Source: Vicugna vicugna
Taxonomy: Eukaryota
Direction: 5' to 3'
DNA: 64,000 nucleotides
Assembly: GCA_013265495.1 (NCBI GenBank)
Contig: MU058815.1
Coordinates: 690,523-754,522, forward strand
In this document: positions 51,309 through 63,257 of the stretch, one piece after another
Numbering within the stretch: the first letter of the stretch is position 1
Layout of the letters: each line of letters opens with the position of its first letter
Position numbers and translations under genes: made by a program
Notes under the pieces: model-generated
Database searches by the model: none
Seen by the model: the letters and a program-made list of their open reading frames with translations, nothing else
Told to the model about the DNA's origin: nothing

Positions 51309-53679
51309 AAAGAAAAGAGAAACAAAACAACAAACTTTTAAAAATTTATTATAATAGAAACACATTTTGAGGAGAGTTTCTAAACATGCAGGGGTTTTTT
51401 TTGGAATTTAATAATATTTTAATTTGAGACTGAAAATCCCCTTAAAACAAAAGCAGCAGACCAGGCTGGCTGCCTGGGCCACCAGCTTGACTTGGAGCCA
51501 GGATTATCAGTGAAACGAATTTCTGCAGAGGCTGAGCAGCTGGGCAGTGCAGGGACAGCACATAGACCTATAGCAGAATCCCATGTAAGATTGGGGAGAG
51601 GAATTATGCCCCTGGGGGTGAATCACTCTGAAGCCAAGTACCAACCCCCACTGGGATCAAGGCAGGTGTGCCAGCCCCGGGTTCCTGCAGGATGATTATG
51701 TCATTTGCAGCTCAGGGCAGACCCACCTCCTCAGCCTTAAGCTTTGGCCGATGTTCAAGAAACAGGTTACACATTCAGCTCTCGCTCCAGTCCATGCCAC
51801 AGTGGGCTGGCCTGACACAAGGCTTTCTTTTTGCATATTCAACTTTGGTTATCAAAACAGAGTCAGCCCTTGCAGGTACTATTCGTGACATTGAAAACTG
51901 CTCATCTTCAGAAGAACGTAAACTTGTTACTTGTGATTCGGTTAGCTTAACATTCGTTCAGTAGTGTCCCCAGCTGGGGAGTCGGATGGTGAGCCACAGT
52001 TCAGCAAAGAGCACAAGGGAAAGTGAAACAGAGAAATTTTTAAAATCATAGGCCCTGGAGGAGGTAAACGGTGTGCCTGGAGGGGCCACCAGGGAAGGTG
52101 AAGGCAGCCTGCAGTCAGAAAGCCCAGCACACCAGGGGCACATGCCTTGTTTAAGGTCCAAGGGTGGAGTGCTTTTGGAGTTCCAGAGCTAAGACCAGAT
52201 TGGTCAGTTCCAACCAAGAAGAGCAGGGTTTGGGGAAGTTTTGCAGTCGCGGGGAGCATCTTGTCTAAGGAGTGCGCATGGAGAAAGAGCTTAGAGGCAG
52301 AGGAGGTTGTTTATCACCAAAGCGTTGGAGAAGGCATGTCAGGAACTTCCACTTAACGTGCACTAGGCTTGAGAGATATCTGGTGTCCGTTCAAGGCCAC
52401 TCAGCCATGCAGGATGCATGGCTACGCAGCAATACTATGGAGCAGTTTAGTTAAACTCTCAACACTCAGTTTATACCCTTTGAGATGAGTCACAAGACAG
52501 CAACCCCAGACTTTCTTGGATTAACAGACTCATAGCTTCCTTGTGATACTCACATGAAAGAGAATTTGTGCTGAAACCGTTCAACAAAACAGTGCTTAGA
52601 AAAGTGTTCAGGGCCATTAATGCTTTTCTTTTAGCGAAGAGCCAGGATTACAGAAATATTTTCATACACGGATGTAACTAGCAGCAGCTGCTAAATGAGA
52701 TGAGTCTGAATTATTTATCTATCAAACCCTTTAGGAAAATGATGGGGGTGTTTTTGGAACTGTGTCTTGCTCCACTGCAACTCTGGCTCATTTTAGCAAT
52801 TGTTAAGAAGATAATATAAAAAAGTATTTTAATTGACATGAAAGGGAAATGATTGAAAACTCAAATATTTATCAAAAGATGGAAAACGATGATGCAGCCC
52901 ACAGACAGGATAATGTTGGTGAGCAGTACTTGCAGTGTGCATGCCGTACGGGGTTCTCTGCACGATGCCTGAGGAGTCTGACTATGAATAAAATCTCAGC
53001 GTCAATCATTGCTTTGGACAGACAGAAGGAAAAGAAAGAGCTGGATTTGTGAATGTATGTAATAAATGTGGAATGGACAACCAAGTGTATTACTAAAGTC
53101 ATGGCGTTGATGCAGTAATAGGGGTCAGGAGACTCAGTGCAGACTGGCTACACAAAAAGAATCACCAGGAGGCTCTATTTTAAAAGTAATAATGCACGTT
53201 GGTGGAGGTCTGGAAAAGTATTCAGGACTGCGGGGAGAAAGAAGCAAGCATTATCAGTGAAGAAGGATGGCAGAAAGAGAGGAACTGGACCAGCAAACAC
53301 GAGACAGACAATAAGATGTAGACAGAGATGGGAGTCAGGAGACGGAAGAGAGGAGTTGTTGAAGAGAACACAGATTCTAAGAAGTTGAAGAGAGACAGGG
53401 AAAGGCATTTGACAGTTACAGTTCATTTACTTAGGCAATTTTGACCTTGAAAATAGACGTCTAGGGCTAATTCTGACTACAATTAATCCAGAATTTGATG
53501 CTCATTGAATGTACCTGCGTCGCCCTGGCCAGAGTTCAGTGCTCATACTCTTACGTGTGTAAGAGTTGTACCACCCATTACATAATTTATTTAATCTTCG
53601 CAATAATGTAACTAAAGGAGGAACGGGAAGTGTCTTTGAAATTGAAAGCAATATGTCATCCCAACTAGCACTTTTTTCC

Positions 53680-53850
53680 ATTAGGTGCCAGGTACCCTGG
53701 TGGAATTTTGTATACATTCTTTTATTCAGTCCTCACAACAGCCTTGCCTGGGAAGGAACTGAGGCTCTGGAATATTTACGAGTCTGCCCCAGCCATATAG
53801 CTGTGAGGCAGTGGGTCCAACGCTTGCAAGCTCCCTTGGGAAAGCCCAGA
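53680..53850 (-). mobile_element. MIR-like remnant (similar weak MIR/L2 remnants near 6030-6150, 10850-10970, 15600-15740, 20860-20960, 52880-53030)
   Basis: gtgccaggtaccctg...ttattcagtcctcacaacagcc...ggaactgaggctctgg resembles the MIR core. Confidence 0.55.
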
Positions 53851-56389
53851 AGCCCACAGGTGTATCGCCCTGAGAGCTGCAGGGGCCAAGACCTGAGCAC
53901 GGCTGCACACGGACCGGCACATCATTTCTTCTCAGTGGGCCTTCCCTTCTTCGCACATGAAATGTGGGATTTAGGTCTAGCAGCCTTTCAAGTGCTAAGC
54001 TTGCTCCACCCTGGGAGGATATTAGCATCTGTGTCCGTTTCCTAGAAAAGTGAGTGGTGGAGAGGAAGGGAAGGAGGTATTGGGGAGAGGTTCCAGGGAG
54101 ACACGTGGAATATTTAACATCTGTCATGAATTTTAAATTCATTCAGAAAGGAAGAAGAAGGAAGGCCTTCCCCATCACCATTCCTAGGAACATTTATCAC
54201 CAAGAATGATATAATAGCATATTATTTACAAATGTGTGCTGAGGGTGGCATTTGAATGTATCAATGATAAATTCTGATTCTTTGCTTATGAGAAAGATGA
54301 ACAATGATGAAAGAAAAAACAGGCAGTAGGGGGATGACTTATTTGAGTTGAAACTTGGTCTAACTGTTAGAATAAAGAACACAAAAAAATAGAGAATAGA
54401 TTTTTAAAATAATTAATAATTTACTTTATTTAGTATTAAATTATTAGATGTATTAAAATTAATAATAATAGAAAATGATCTTTCCTATTGATTTAGCAGA
54501 GCTGAGCTTTTCAAGGTAGAAAACAACACATCTTTCAAATGGCTCGTGGTTGTAGTACTAATTTTCATTACATATACCCAACAGATACGCTTTAATAGTC
54601 TAAAATTGCCTATTAAGCATGTTCCAAAAAATCAAATAAACATAAATAACCCTACGATTAAATTAATTGGTAATTTATAATTTCTGGTTTTACTTCATCT
54701 AGGCCTTCGGGCTTGATTGAGAAGATTTAAAAAGCAGCATTTCTTTTAGATGTTAATGTCATTATTTTAATCTTGTTGATTCAAAACCAATTTATTTTCA
54801 TGTAAAGCTAATTTAAACTTAATTAAAACCAGACTGTGCTCTATTCTGTAGCTATTACAGAGTCTTCTCATTGACACATACCCTTCGGCATAGATTTTTT
54901 TTTTCTATTTTTATGCTTTAAATTTCTAATTTGTTCCCAAACTTTATAATATTTTTCCTATTTGCAAAAACTTGTAGAAACCTAAAGTGGAGAGAGTTTT
55001 TTTTTTTTGCCTTCTTTTGCACCCCGAGTATTTTATTACTACTAAAACAGGAATTTATATTACTTGAGAGTGTCGCTAATTATATGTGTTTGTTTCTCCT
55101 TAATGTGAATTTCATGGGCAGAAGAGGTGTTTCCAGCACTAAGGAGATATTTGTGAAATGGCAAATTCACAGTAATAGATTTTAAATTAGTTGCTCTTTT
55201 TTTCTCTTGAGATCCATAACGGCTAATTTTTCTCCCTTCCTCTCTTTTTCTTTCCTCCCTCCTTGCCTCTTCTTCCTTATACTCATGAAGGAAACGTGTT
55301 ATTGCATCTCCGTCCTGAGCCCTGCTGAGTGAGAGCTGTAAGAAAATGAATCTCACTTAATCTCACTGCCGTGGGGAAACCTGAGGTCACTGCGTATGCG
55401 GACGTTACATAAATGAGGGCTTTCAGTTCACCTTCTACCCTCCCCCAGCCCCACCAGGGGTTGGGACTGGACTGATGGGTGGTTTTTATAAAATGCTCCC
55501 ATAATGTGGAGCTTTGCTCCACAGACTTCGTCTTTGAGTAAAAGGGCTCTTTCTAAGGATATTGCTAATTCTCCATTAGCAGAAAAATAATAGGTTTGCT
55601 CTGTCACATACACTCTTATTAAACCGTTGGCACTTCTTTGTTACACGACATCTGATTTAGCAACATGGATGACACAATTACATATTCAGTTACTCCAAGT
55701 GAATTGTATCCATATTTCATGGTGTTACTCGAAGCATTTTGTTGCAGGTAGGTTGGCAAGGCCTACGAATTAGCATTTCTATATGTAATCTCTAGAGTAC
55801 CCGTTCCAATTATTTGCACATAGTAGAAGTTCAATCAGTAAGAAAATGAACATGGAAATAATTATAATACAATGCAATGAGTGGAGTAATTACACCCCTG
55901 TGGGTTGGTTTACCAGATGTACAGAAAATGTGCGTTCAGGACGCAGTGTCATGTTCAGATCATGTGAACATCCAGAGACACCTGTGCTTGTTGTCAAGCG
56001 TGTGATTTCACGACACACTGGGAGAGGAGAGGAGCAGGAATAGTGACAGCCTGAGAAAACCCGCGTCCTGTGAAAGAAGGGGTTTCTGGAGTTGTCATAA
56101 GGGCACTGCTAGAGGAGGCCTCGGGCGATGACTCTACTCAGTCTCTTGAGATTTAGAATTTACACTGTTGCTGCTAAAGCGACATGACAGGTACTTGAAA
56201 GCGCAGAAAGGGCTTGGAAGCATAAACAGAAATAAAAAGACAGAGAATCTTGATGTTGAGTTCTAAGAGTCTCTGTCTAGTTTGTACATTGACGCCTTGC
56301 TGGATATACCTTTTTCACGTACCTTCCCCCTTCCATATTCATTTTGTTGATAGTTTTCTTCTCTGCGTCAAAAACGATAGAGTATTAAA

Positions 56390-57730
56390 AACAAGTAAAG
56401 TTGTCATTATTCAGAGGTGATGTGACAGTTTATATAGAAAAAGCCTAAGAAGCTTATAACATTTCTAGAGCCAAGAAATTAATTTAACCAAATTTCAGAT
56501 TCTAGTGTCAATGTACAAAGTCTACTTGTATTTCTGAATCCTAAGAATAACTAGTTGAAATAGGAAATTGAAAGAAAAAAATTCCAATATGCTTATAAAC
56601 CAAATAGAACAAGCAAACAAACCGAAAACCCCTAAGGGATAAAAACAAAGAATGGGCAGAATCTAGAGTGAGAACTGGTGTATACTGCAGAGAGACAATT
56701 CAACTTTCCCAAAATGTAAAAACTTACTTTTTCAAGAAAATTAAAAACAAATTAAAAGGCACAAATCTGGAGAAAATCTCACAACACATATATCTGTTAA
56801 GAAAATAGATACAAAATAGATAAAGAACTCTTACAACTCAATAATAAAAATCCAATTTAAATAGCCAAATGAGAATGGGCAGAAAACTTGACCAAACAGT
56901 TAAAAGCATGCCTTTCAAATGGGGACCAAAATTCGCATGAAGGAATGTTGAACATCTTTTGGCATGCGGGAAATGCAAATTAAAATCTCAATAAAATGCC
57001 AATTCCATGTCTAATAGAGTGGCTTAAAAAAATAAAAAAAAGACTGACAATAACAAGTGTTGACTAAGATTGGGAGCCAGTGGAATGCCCATAAATTGCA
57101 GAAAGAATGTAAAATGCTGGAGTCATTTTAGGAAACAGTTTAGCAATGTCTTATAAAGTTAATCATATCCTTACCATGCAACCCAGCTGTTTTATTCTTA
57201 GCTTTCAGACTAAGAGAAATAAAAATATGTCTACTCAAAAACTTGTACAAAAATGTTTACAGTAGTTTTATTTATAACAATTAAAAAAGTGAAGGGGACT
57301 CAAGCATCCTTCACTAGGAGAATGGGTGAACCCATCGCGGTACAGTGACACATGACTTGACAGTAAGAACAAACCAACCACTGATGCCAGCAACAACGTG
57401 AATGAATCTCAAAAACATAATGTTGAGTGAGAGAATCCACACACAAAAGAATATGTATTATGTGATTTCATTTATCGGACGTTTTAGAATAGTTAGAATG
57501 AGCTGTGATAATAGAAATCAGATCCATGGCTTCTGGGGTTTAGGGGCAGGACATAGACTCAGAAAGGCTTGGGGGAACTTTTGGGGTGATGAAAATGTTC
57601 CACATCTTGACTGCGATAATAGTTACATGATTATATGCATATATTTGCCAGAAAGCATTAATTTCTATAGACTAAAAGATCTGTTGATTTTGTTCTATGT
57701 GAATTATGTACCAATAAAGTTAATAAAATA
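56390..57730 (+). mobile_element. Old L1 (L1MD/ME-like) ORF2 fragments plus 3'UTR
   Basis: gaactcttacaactcaataataaaa...gggaaatgcaaattaaaa...atgaatctcaaaaacataatgttgagtgagagaa...ttttggggtgatgaaaatgttccacatcttgactg. Confidence 0.85.
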
Positions 57731-60700
57731 TGTTATGTAGAAAATAGAGGAAGAGAGAACACCTCACCATTGGGAGGTTATCATAAATGAATAATTTTGA
57801 CATATTTTTTCTGTACAAGTCTGTGTAATGAATATGTTACTCTCTGACTTTTAAAAACGTGTTAAAAATCGTGAGCCTTTCAGTGGTTCCAAGATATATC
57901 TGGGTGTTCCCAGATTATATAGTCAAGTTTTTCAGCCACTAAGTACTGAACACTCCCCATCTTATTTCCCTAGTCAGAGATGTTAACAGTTATGTATTTC
58001 CACCATTATTGGGGGGGGGAGTGAAATAAGTGGCCACAACAGGGGGTAATTGTTTTCTCTACATGCCTTTGTGTTCTTCCTTATGTTTCTAAAGCCAATG
58101 AACATCAACAAAACACTCAAACCCTAAAGATACTTATATCAACTCTCAAGATGCTTGTCTATTATTGACAAAATTTCTACCTTTCTATTACAATTATTTC
58201 TGACGATACTTGCATTATTTTTCATACATCAGCATTTTAACTGTCACCCCAAATTCTTCCTGCCCTTCTCAGGTCTGTAGCTTTATTCGCATTGGGAAAT
58301 GGAATACTCCTAGGGAAAAAAAAAGATTGTTTCTATGAATATTTAAGGTGTTTTCTTTACACATAGGGGGAAAATATTTTAGATATGCTTCTGGCTTGCT
58401 GAGTGAAGTTCCATGCGAATTATCCCTTTGCTAACTGTGTTGAGAGGGCAGAAATAATAACAAAAGACTTCCGATTCTGAGTTGATTTACTGTGACGATA
58501 AATCCGTGACTTCTCACTGATATTTTTGGAGTGAAGTTATGTAACATTTAGATCAACAAAAATTAAAATATGAAACTTCGGGAATGCCAAATTAACAGCT
58601 CACCAGGACATGAGGATGTAAAGTTGTGAGTAAAAGTCAACTTGGTGTTGACATATTAGCAGACTATGAGGCTTTGCAAGGCTTGGGGAAATGTTTGAAA
58701 TCAAATATTAAACTTGAACTGCCTAATTTCGTTTTTATTGAAGAATTGTTCCCAGAAGCATCTGTGTTTTGAAGTTTTCGGACTATATAAATAGACTTCT
58801 TTTGTGCTTAACTTTAGATAAGAGTCTTTTGTGCCCAGAAATACATGTTTATTTCAAGGCTATTTCTTTTTGCTTTACTGAAAGCCTGCCCCGGGGAACT
58901 GCATTAACGTGGACGTGGCTGGTGATGTAAGAGAAAGGATTTAGACTTGATTGAAAAGTGGACTCTGCATGATAGATTTTCTGGCTTGATAAACAGAGCA
59001 GCAGGAGTATATTACTGTAATAACAAACTTTGTGTATAACAGTGTTTTGAAATAAGACACACACCATGCCTAATTTACCAGTGCTGTGATAAAAAGAAAA
59101 AGCATTCTGTTTAATCAGACTTTGCATTACATTCTCAACTGATAACTACTTTCAGTATTTGGAACATATAGCAATACACATTTCTTTCTTCCTTTTCTTT
59201 TCTTTCCTTTTCTTTTTTTCCCATTTAGCAACGCTAAATGTAGTCCCATTTTTCAATGTTGTCTTTTATAATTTGTTCTTTTTTGTGCCTTGTGTAAGTA
59301 ATTCTGTTATCCTGAGGTAACAGTGCTATTCTCTTGGATATAATTAAAATTTTCTTTTTTCACATATACTTGTATTGTCCACTCGAAAATTGTGTGTGAA
59401 TTGTATGACACTGAGCTCTAACTTTATATCCCATGGAAAGACAGTTGTTCCACAGCCATGAAGTAAATAATCCACTTAAGATTTTCCTCTGTGTTTTTTA
59501 TGTAACTTTTCAGTCTAACAATTTACATGTATGCATGAAGTTGTTTACAAGTCCTATAATTAATTTCACTGATAAATTTGTCTCTTCCTACACCAACAAT
59601 GACAACAAAAGCTTACTATCAAGTCCTTATTTATGCTGAAATATAACTTTCAAAATAGGCTGCAAACATTAGAATTAATTATGAAGTTTTAGAGGACTTC
59701 TCAGTAGAGCCAGAAATTGGTCAAGGCTCTCTTACGCAATGGAAGACAATGCATAAGTTACCTTGACCAGGAGACAAGAGAAGTAAACTAAATAAAATAA
59801 TTGAAAAGGAAAAGGCAAAACTATCAATAACTGTGGGTCATATAAAGACCAAGAAAATGAGATAGAAAAAACAATATGGCATTCAGTAAGTTTGCTGGGT
59901 ATAAGATCTATACATATAAATCAATGTCTCATATTCAGGAAGACTAAGATTAACATAATAATAATGTACATATCTGGAAAAATAACTAGCTCAATAGACT
60001 GACAGAAATTTCTTATGTTTTGAGAAGCTTAATATTTTGGAGAAATAAAATATCTCCAAATTAACCTTATATCCAAATCAATTCCTTCCTAGAATATTAA
60101 TATCATAAAGGGACAGTATGATAAAATTATATTATAATTTACTATATAAAACATAGCAAATTTTATAATTAAGCAAATAATATAGTAAATATGTAATTCA
60201 TTAAATAACAGTAAATGTTAATAAAATTAGAATTGAAATTTTATAATTTTGTAAATAATTATACTATAAATATTGGCTATCTATATCTGTAGGTTAAAAA
60301 ATATAAATAAAATGTTAGCAAATCAAATCCAAAGTGTATTTACTAAATATCAACCTATTATAAAAGCAGACACACTATTTTCAAAGAGTAGGTAAAGAAT
60401 ATTCAGGAAAACCATCTTTGAAACCACTATCCGTTTCGAACTAGACTTACGTGTAAGTTTATATATGTAAATAAGTTTGTTTTAAAGACACAATATTATG
60501 AAATTGAATCATAATTACTTACTTTGGTCACCATTAAAAATGGAGTTAAATTTTTTTTAATTGGTTAAACTGTTGGTCAAAATGGTTAAAAATCTTTTTC
60601 TATGTAACTAAACGGTTTCATACCAAATCAATCTTACTTGTCAATGAAGAATTACTATTTATTCAATATTTGGTTAACCCTGGTGATTATCTGTACCTCA

Positions 60701-60920
60701 TCCAATGACTGTTCATGGAGTGTCAGGTACATTCTTTAACAGACTGATTGTGATTCATAACCTGTATATCGTGTTAGGATGTTTTTAAGGCTGAAATCAC
60801 GAGTCTCAGGCTGTGTGTCAGGTTTCTTTGACACAGTCTCTCTACGTGTTAGAATTAGAGTAAGAGAAATATTAAGAATGTTTGATTCTTCAATTTCAGT
60901 TTTCCAAAAAGGGACATTTC

Positions 60921-61200
60921 GGGAGGAGGCAGGGAGGCGCCGGGGGTTGGGGGGAGGCTCCGGAGTGGGCGGCGGCTGGGCCCGGGCCCCGCGCTTCTGT
61001 GCGCGCCCCGTGGATGCGAATCTGCCACTGTGGCGGCAGCGGCGGAGGGGGAGGAGTCAAGGGGAGGGAGCCCCGCGGGGGATGCGCGGGGGATGCGCGG
61101 GGGATGCGCGGGGGATGCGGCCGCTGCCGGGCGCTCCCGGCGTGGCAGCTGCTGCTGTTGCTACCCCGGGCCCTGGTGGGCGACCCAAGCACGCGTATCA
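60921..61200. promoter_or_regulatory. CpG-island-like GC-rich segment (retrocopied TM9SF3 5'UTR/first exon)
   Basis: Dense CpG and GC content (ggcggcggctgggcccgggccccgcgc..., gcgcgcccc) directly beside very AT-rich flank at 59.2-60.9 kb. Promoter activity is not demonstrated. Confidence 0.6.
61075..61118 (+). repeat. Perfect 4 x 11-bp tandem repeat (GCGGGGGATGC) spanning the pseudogene start codon
   Basis: Units start at 61075, 61086, 61097 and 61108; ATGs at 61082, 61093, 61104 and 61115. Confidence 0.95.
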
Positions 61201-63214
61201 AGATAAAGACGAAGTTGTCTTAACAGATGAATACTGTCGGGCCCTACCATAATCGCCAAGAGACATATAAGTACTTTTCACTTCCCTTCTCTGTGGGGTC
61301 AAAAAAAAAAATATATAGTATCTGTCCTTACCATGACACTCTGGGAGAAGCGCTCCAAGGAGTTGAACTGGAATTTAGTGGTCTGGGTATTAAATTTAAA
61401 GACGGTGTGATGCCAGCCACTGACTGTGAAATTGACTTAGATAAAGAAACGAGAGATGCATGTGTGTACGCCATCAAAAATCACCGCTGGTGCCAGATGT
61501 ACGCAGAGGACTTAGCAACATGGGGGACTGTTGGTGAAGCAGATGAAAAGGGAGAAGATTATCTTCGGACCTATAAAAAACTTGAAATAGGTTTTAATGG
61601 AAATCGAACTGTTGGCGTTCATCTGACTAGCGAAGGAAAGGTGAAACTGGTTCCTAATACTAAAATCCAGATGTCATATTCAGTAAAATGGAAAAAGTCA
61701 GACGTATAATTTGTTATCCTTCCTCTAAATCTTGTTGGTACGATACTGAGCTGAAATCTGTCAGGTCAGCCTAACTTCCCTTGTCGTGTCAATGCTGTGC
61801 CTCGTCCCATGGGGGGGAAAAATGGTTCATGGAGCTGCCATTACTGTTAGCTTGGGAGGAACTTTACCTTTTGGCTCAATCTTTATTGAAATGCATTTCA
61901 TCTTTACATCTTTCTGGGCATATAAAATCTGTTCTGCCTATGGCTTCATGATGCTGGTGCTGGTCATCCTGTGCATTGTGACTGTATGTGTGACCACCGT
62001 GTGCACGTGCTTTCCACTAAATGCAGAGGACTGGAGGTGACAATGGACAAGTTTTCTCTCTGCTGCATCAACTACAATGTATGTTTACATCATTCCTTTT
62101 ACTACTGTTTTTTCAAAACAAAGGTGTATGGCTTATTTCAAACATCATTTTGCTCTGGATATATGGCGGTATTTAGCACAGCCTTGGGGATAATGTGTGG
62201 AGCAATTGGTTACATGGGAACAAGTGCCTTTGTCCAAAAAAGCTATACTCATGTGAAAATTGACTAAAGACCCAAGAAAACCTGGAACTTTGGATCAGTT
62301 TTTCTCTCACAGGGGTGGGACTTGCACAGCAAAAATAAAAGCACAAGAAGAGATTCGGGCTTTAACACTGGGTACGTTGTGGGTCTCTCTTTCGTGGATG
62401 GCTTAAAGTAACATTGATTTCCATTGATCCTAGGTTCTCACGGACTGCTTTCTCCAACTGTTCACAGCAAACGCTTGGATTTTATGCAGTAGGCATTGCT
62501 ACAGTACATGGCTAATCTTCCCCAAAACTAGCTCATTAAAGATGAAATAGACCAGCTCTCTTCAGCGAAGAAGACAAATAGTTTATTTAAAGCATTTGTT
62601 CCAATAAAATAAATAGAGGGAAACTTGGATGCTAAAATTTCATGAATAGAAGTCTTCCTGGCACTAGTGTTTATACGTTATTAAAAAATGATGTTCCAGA
62701 GAAGATCACTTTTTTTCTCTTTAGTTTTACTGCCATCGTCAACCTATTATGGGACACTTTTATATACTGAACTTGGGTTCTTTTCTGACCTTTTTTTTTT
62801 TTCCCGATTGGACTACATCCATTTTTTTTTAAAAAGAGAGAATTTAAAAACATTAAATCCTGAATGTAATATATCTGCTGTCATCTTAGTTGGACCAACT
62901 TCCCACTTATTCATCTTAAAACTATCCAATTACGTCTTAATTCCATCCAAAGAAGAAACAATTTGAAGATAGAGGTGTACGCTCTACAATGCAATTTACT
63001 GTGCAGTTAGAAAGCGAAGTGTTAAATGGAGAGGATATTTGTTTTTATTAAACATTTTGAGATTTAGATAAACTACATTTTAACTGAACGTCTAAAGTGA
63101 TTATCTGCCCCCTCCCCTCAAGTTAGTCTTACATCTTTTTTGGGTTTGAATGAAGGTTTTACATAAGAAATTATTAAAAACAAGGTGGGTGGGTAATAAA
63201 TGTATATAACATTA

Positions 63215-63257
63215 TGTAAAATGACTATAACTCAATTAAAAATGTTTAAAAAATAAA
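63215..63257 (+). mobile_element. Ultra-short young L1 3' tail inserted in the pseudogene 3'UTR
   Basis: tgtaaaatgactataactcaattaaaaatgtttaaaaaa matches the reverse complement of L1 ends at ~35570 and ~42755. Perfect 20-bp TSD aataaatgtatataacatta at 63195-63214 and 63258-63277. Confidence 0.88.

Noticed and set aside
60779..62267. Functional TM9SF3 gene
   Set aside because: No introns, multiple stops and frameshifts, damaged signal peptide, ~200 codons missing, poly(A) and TSD present.
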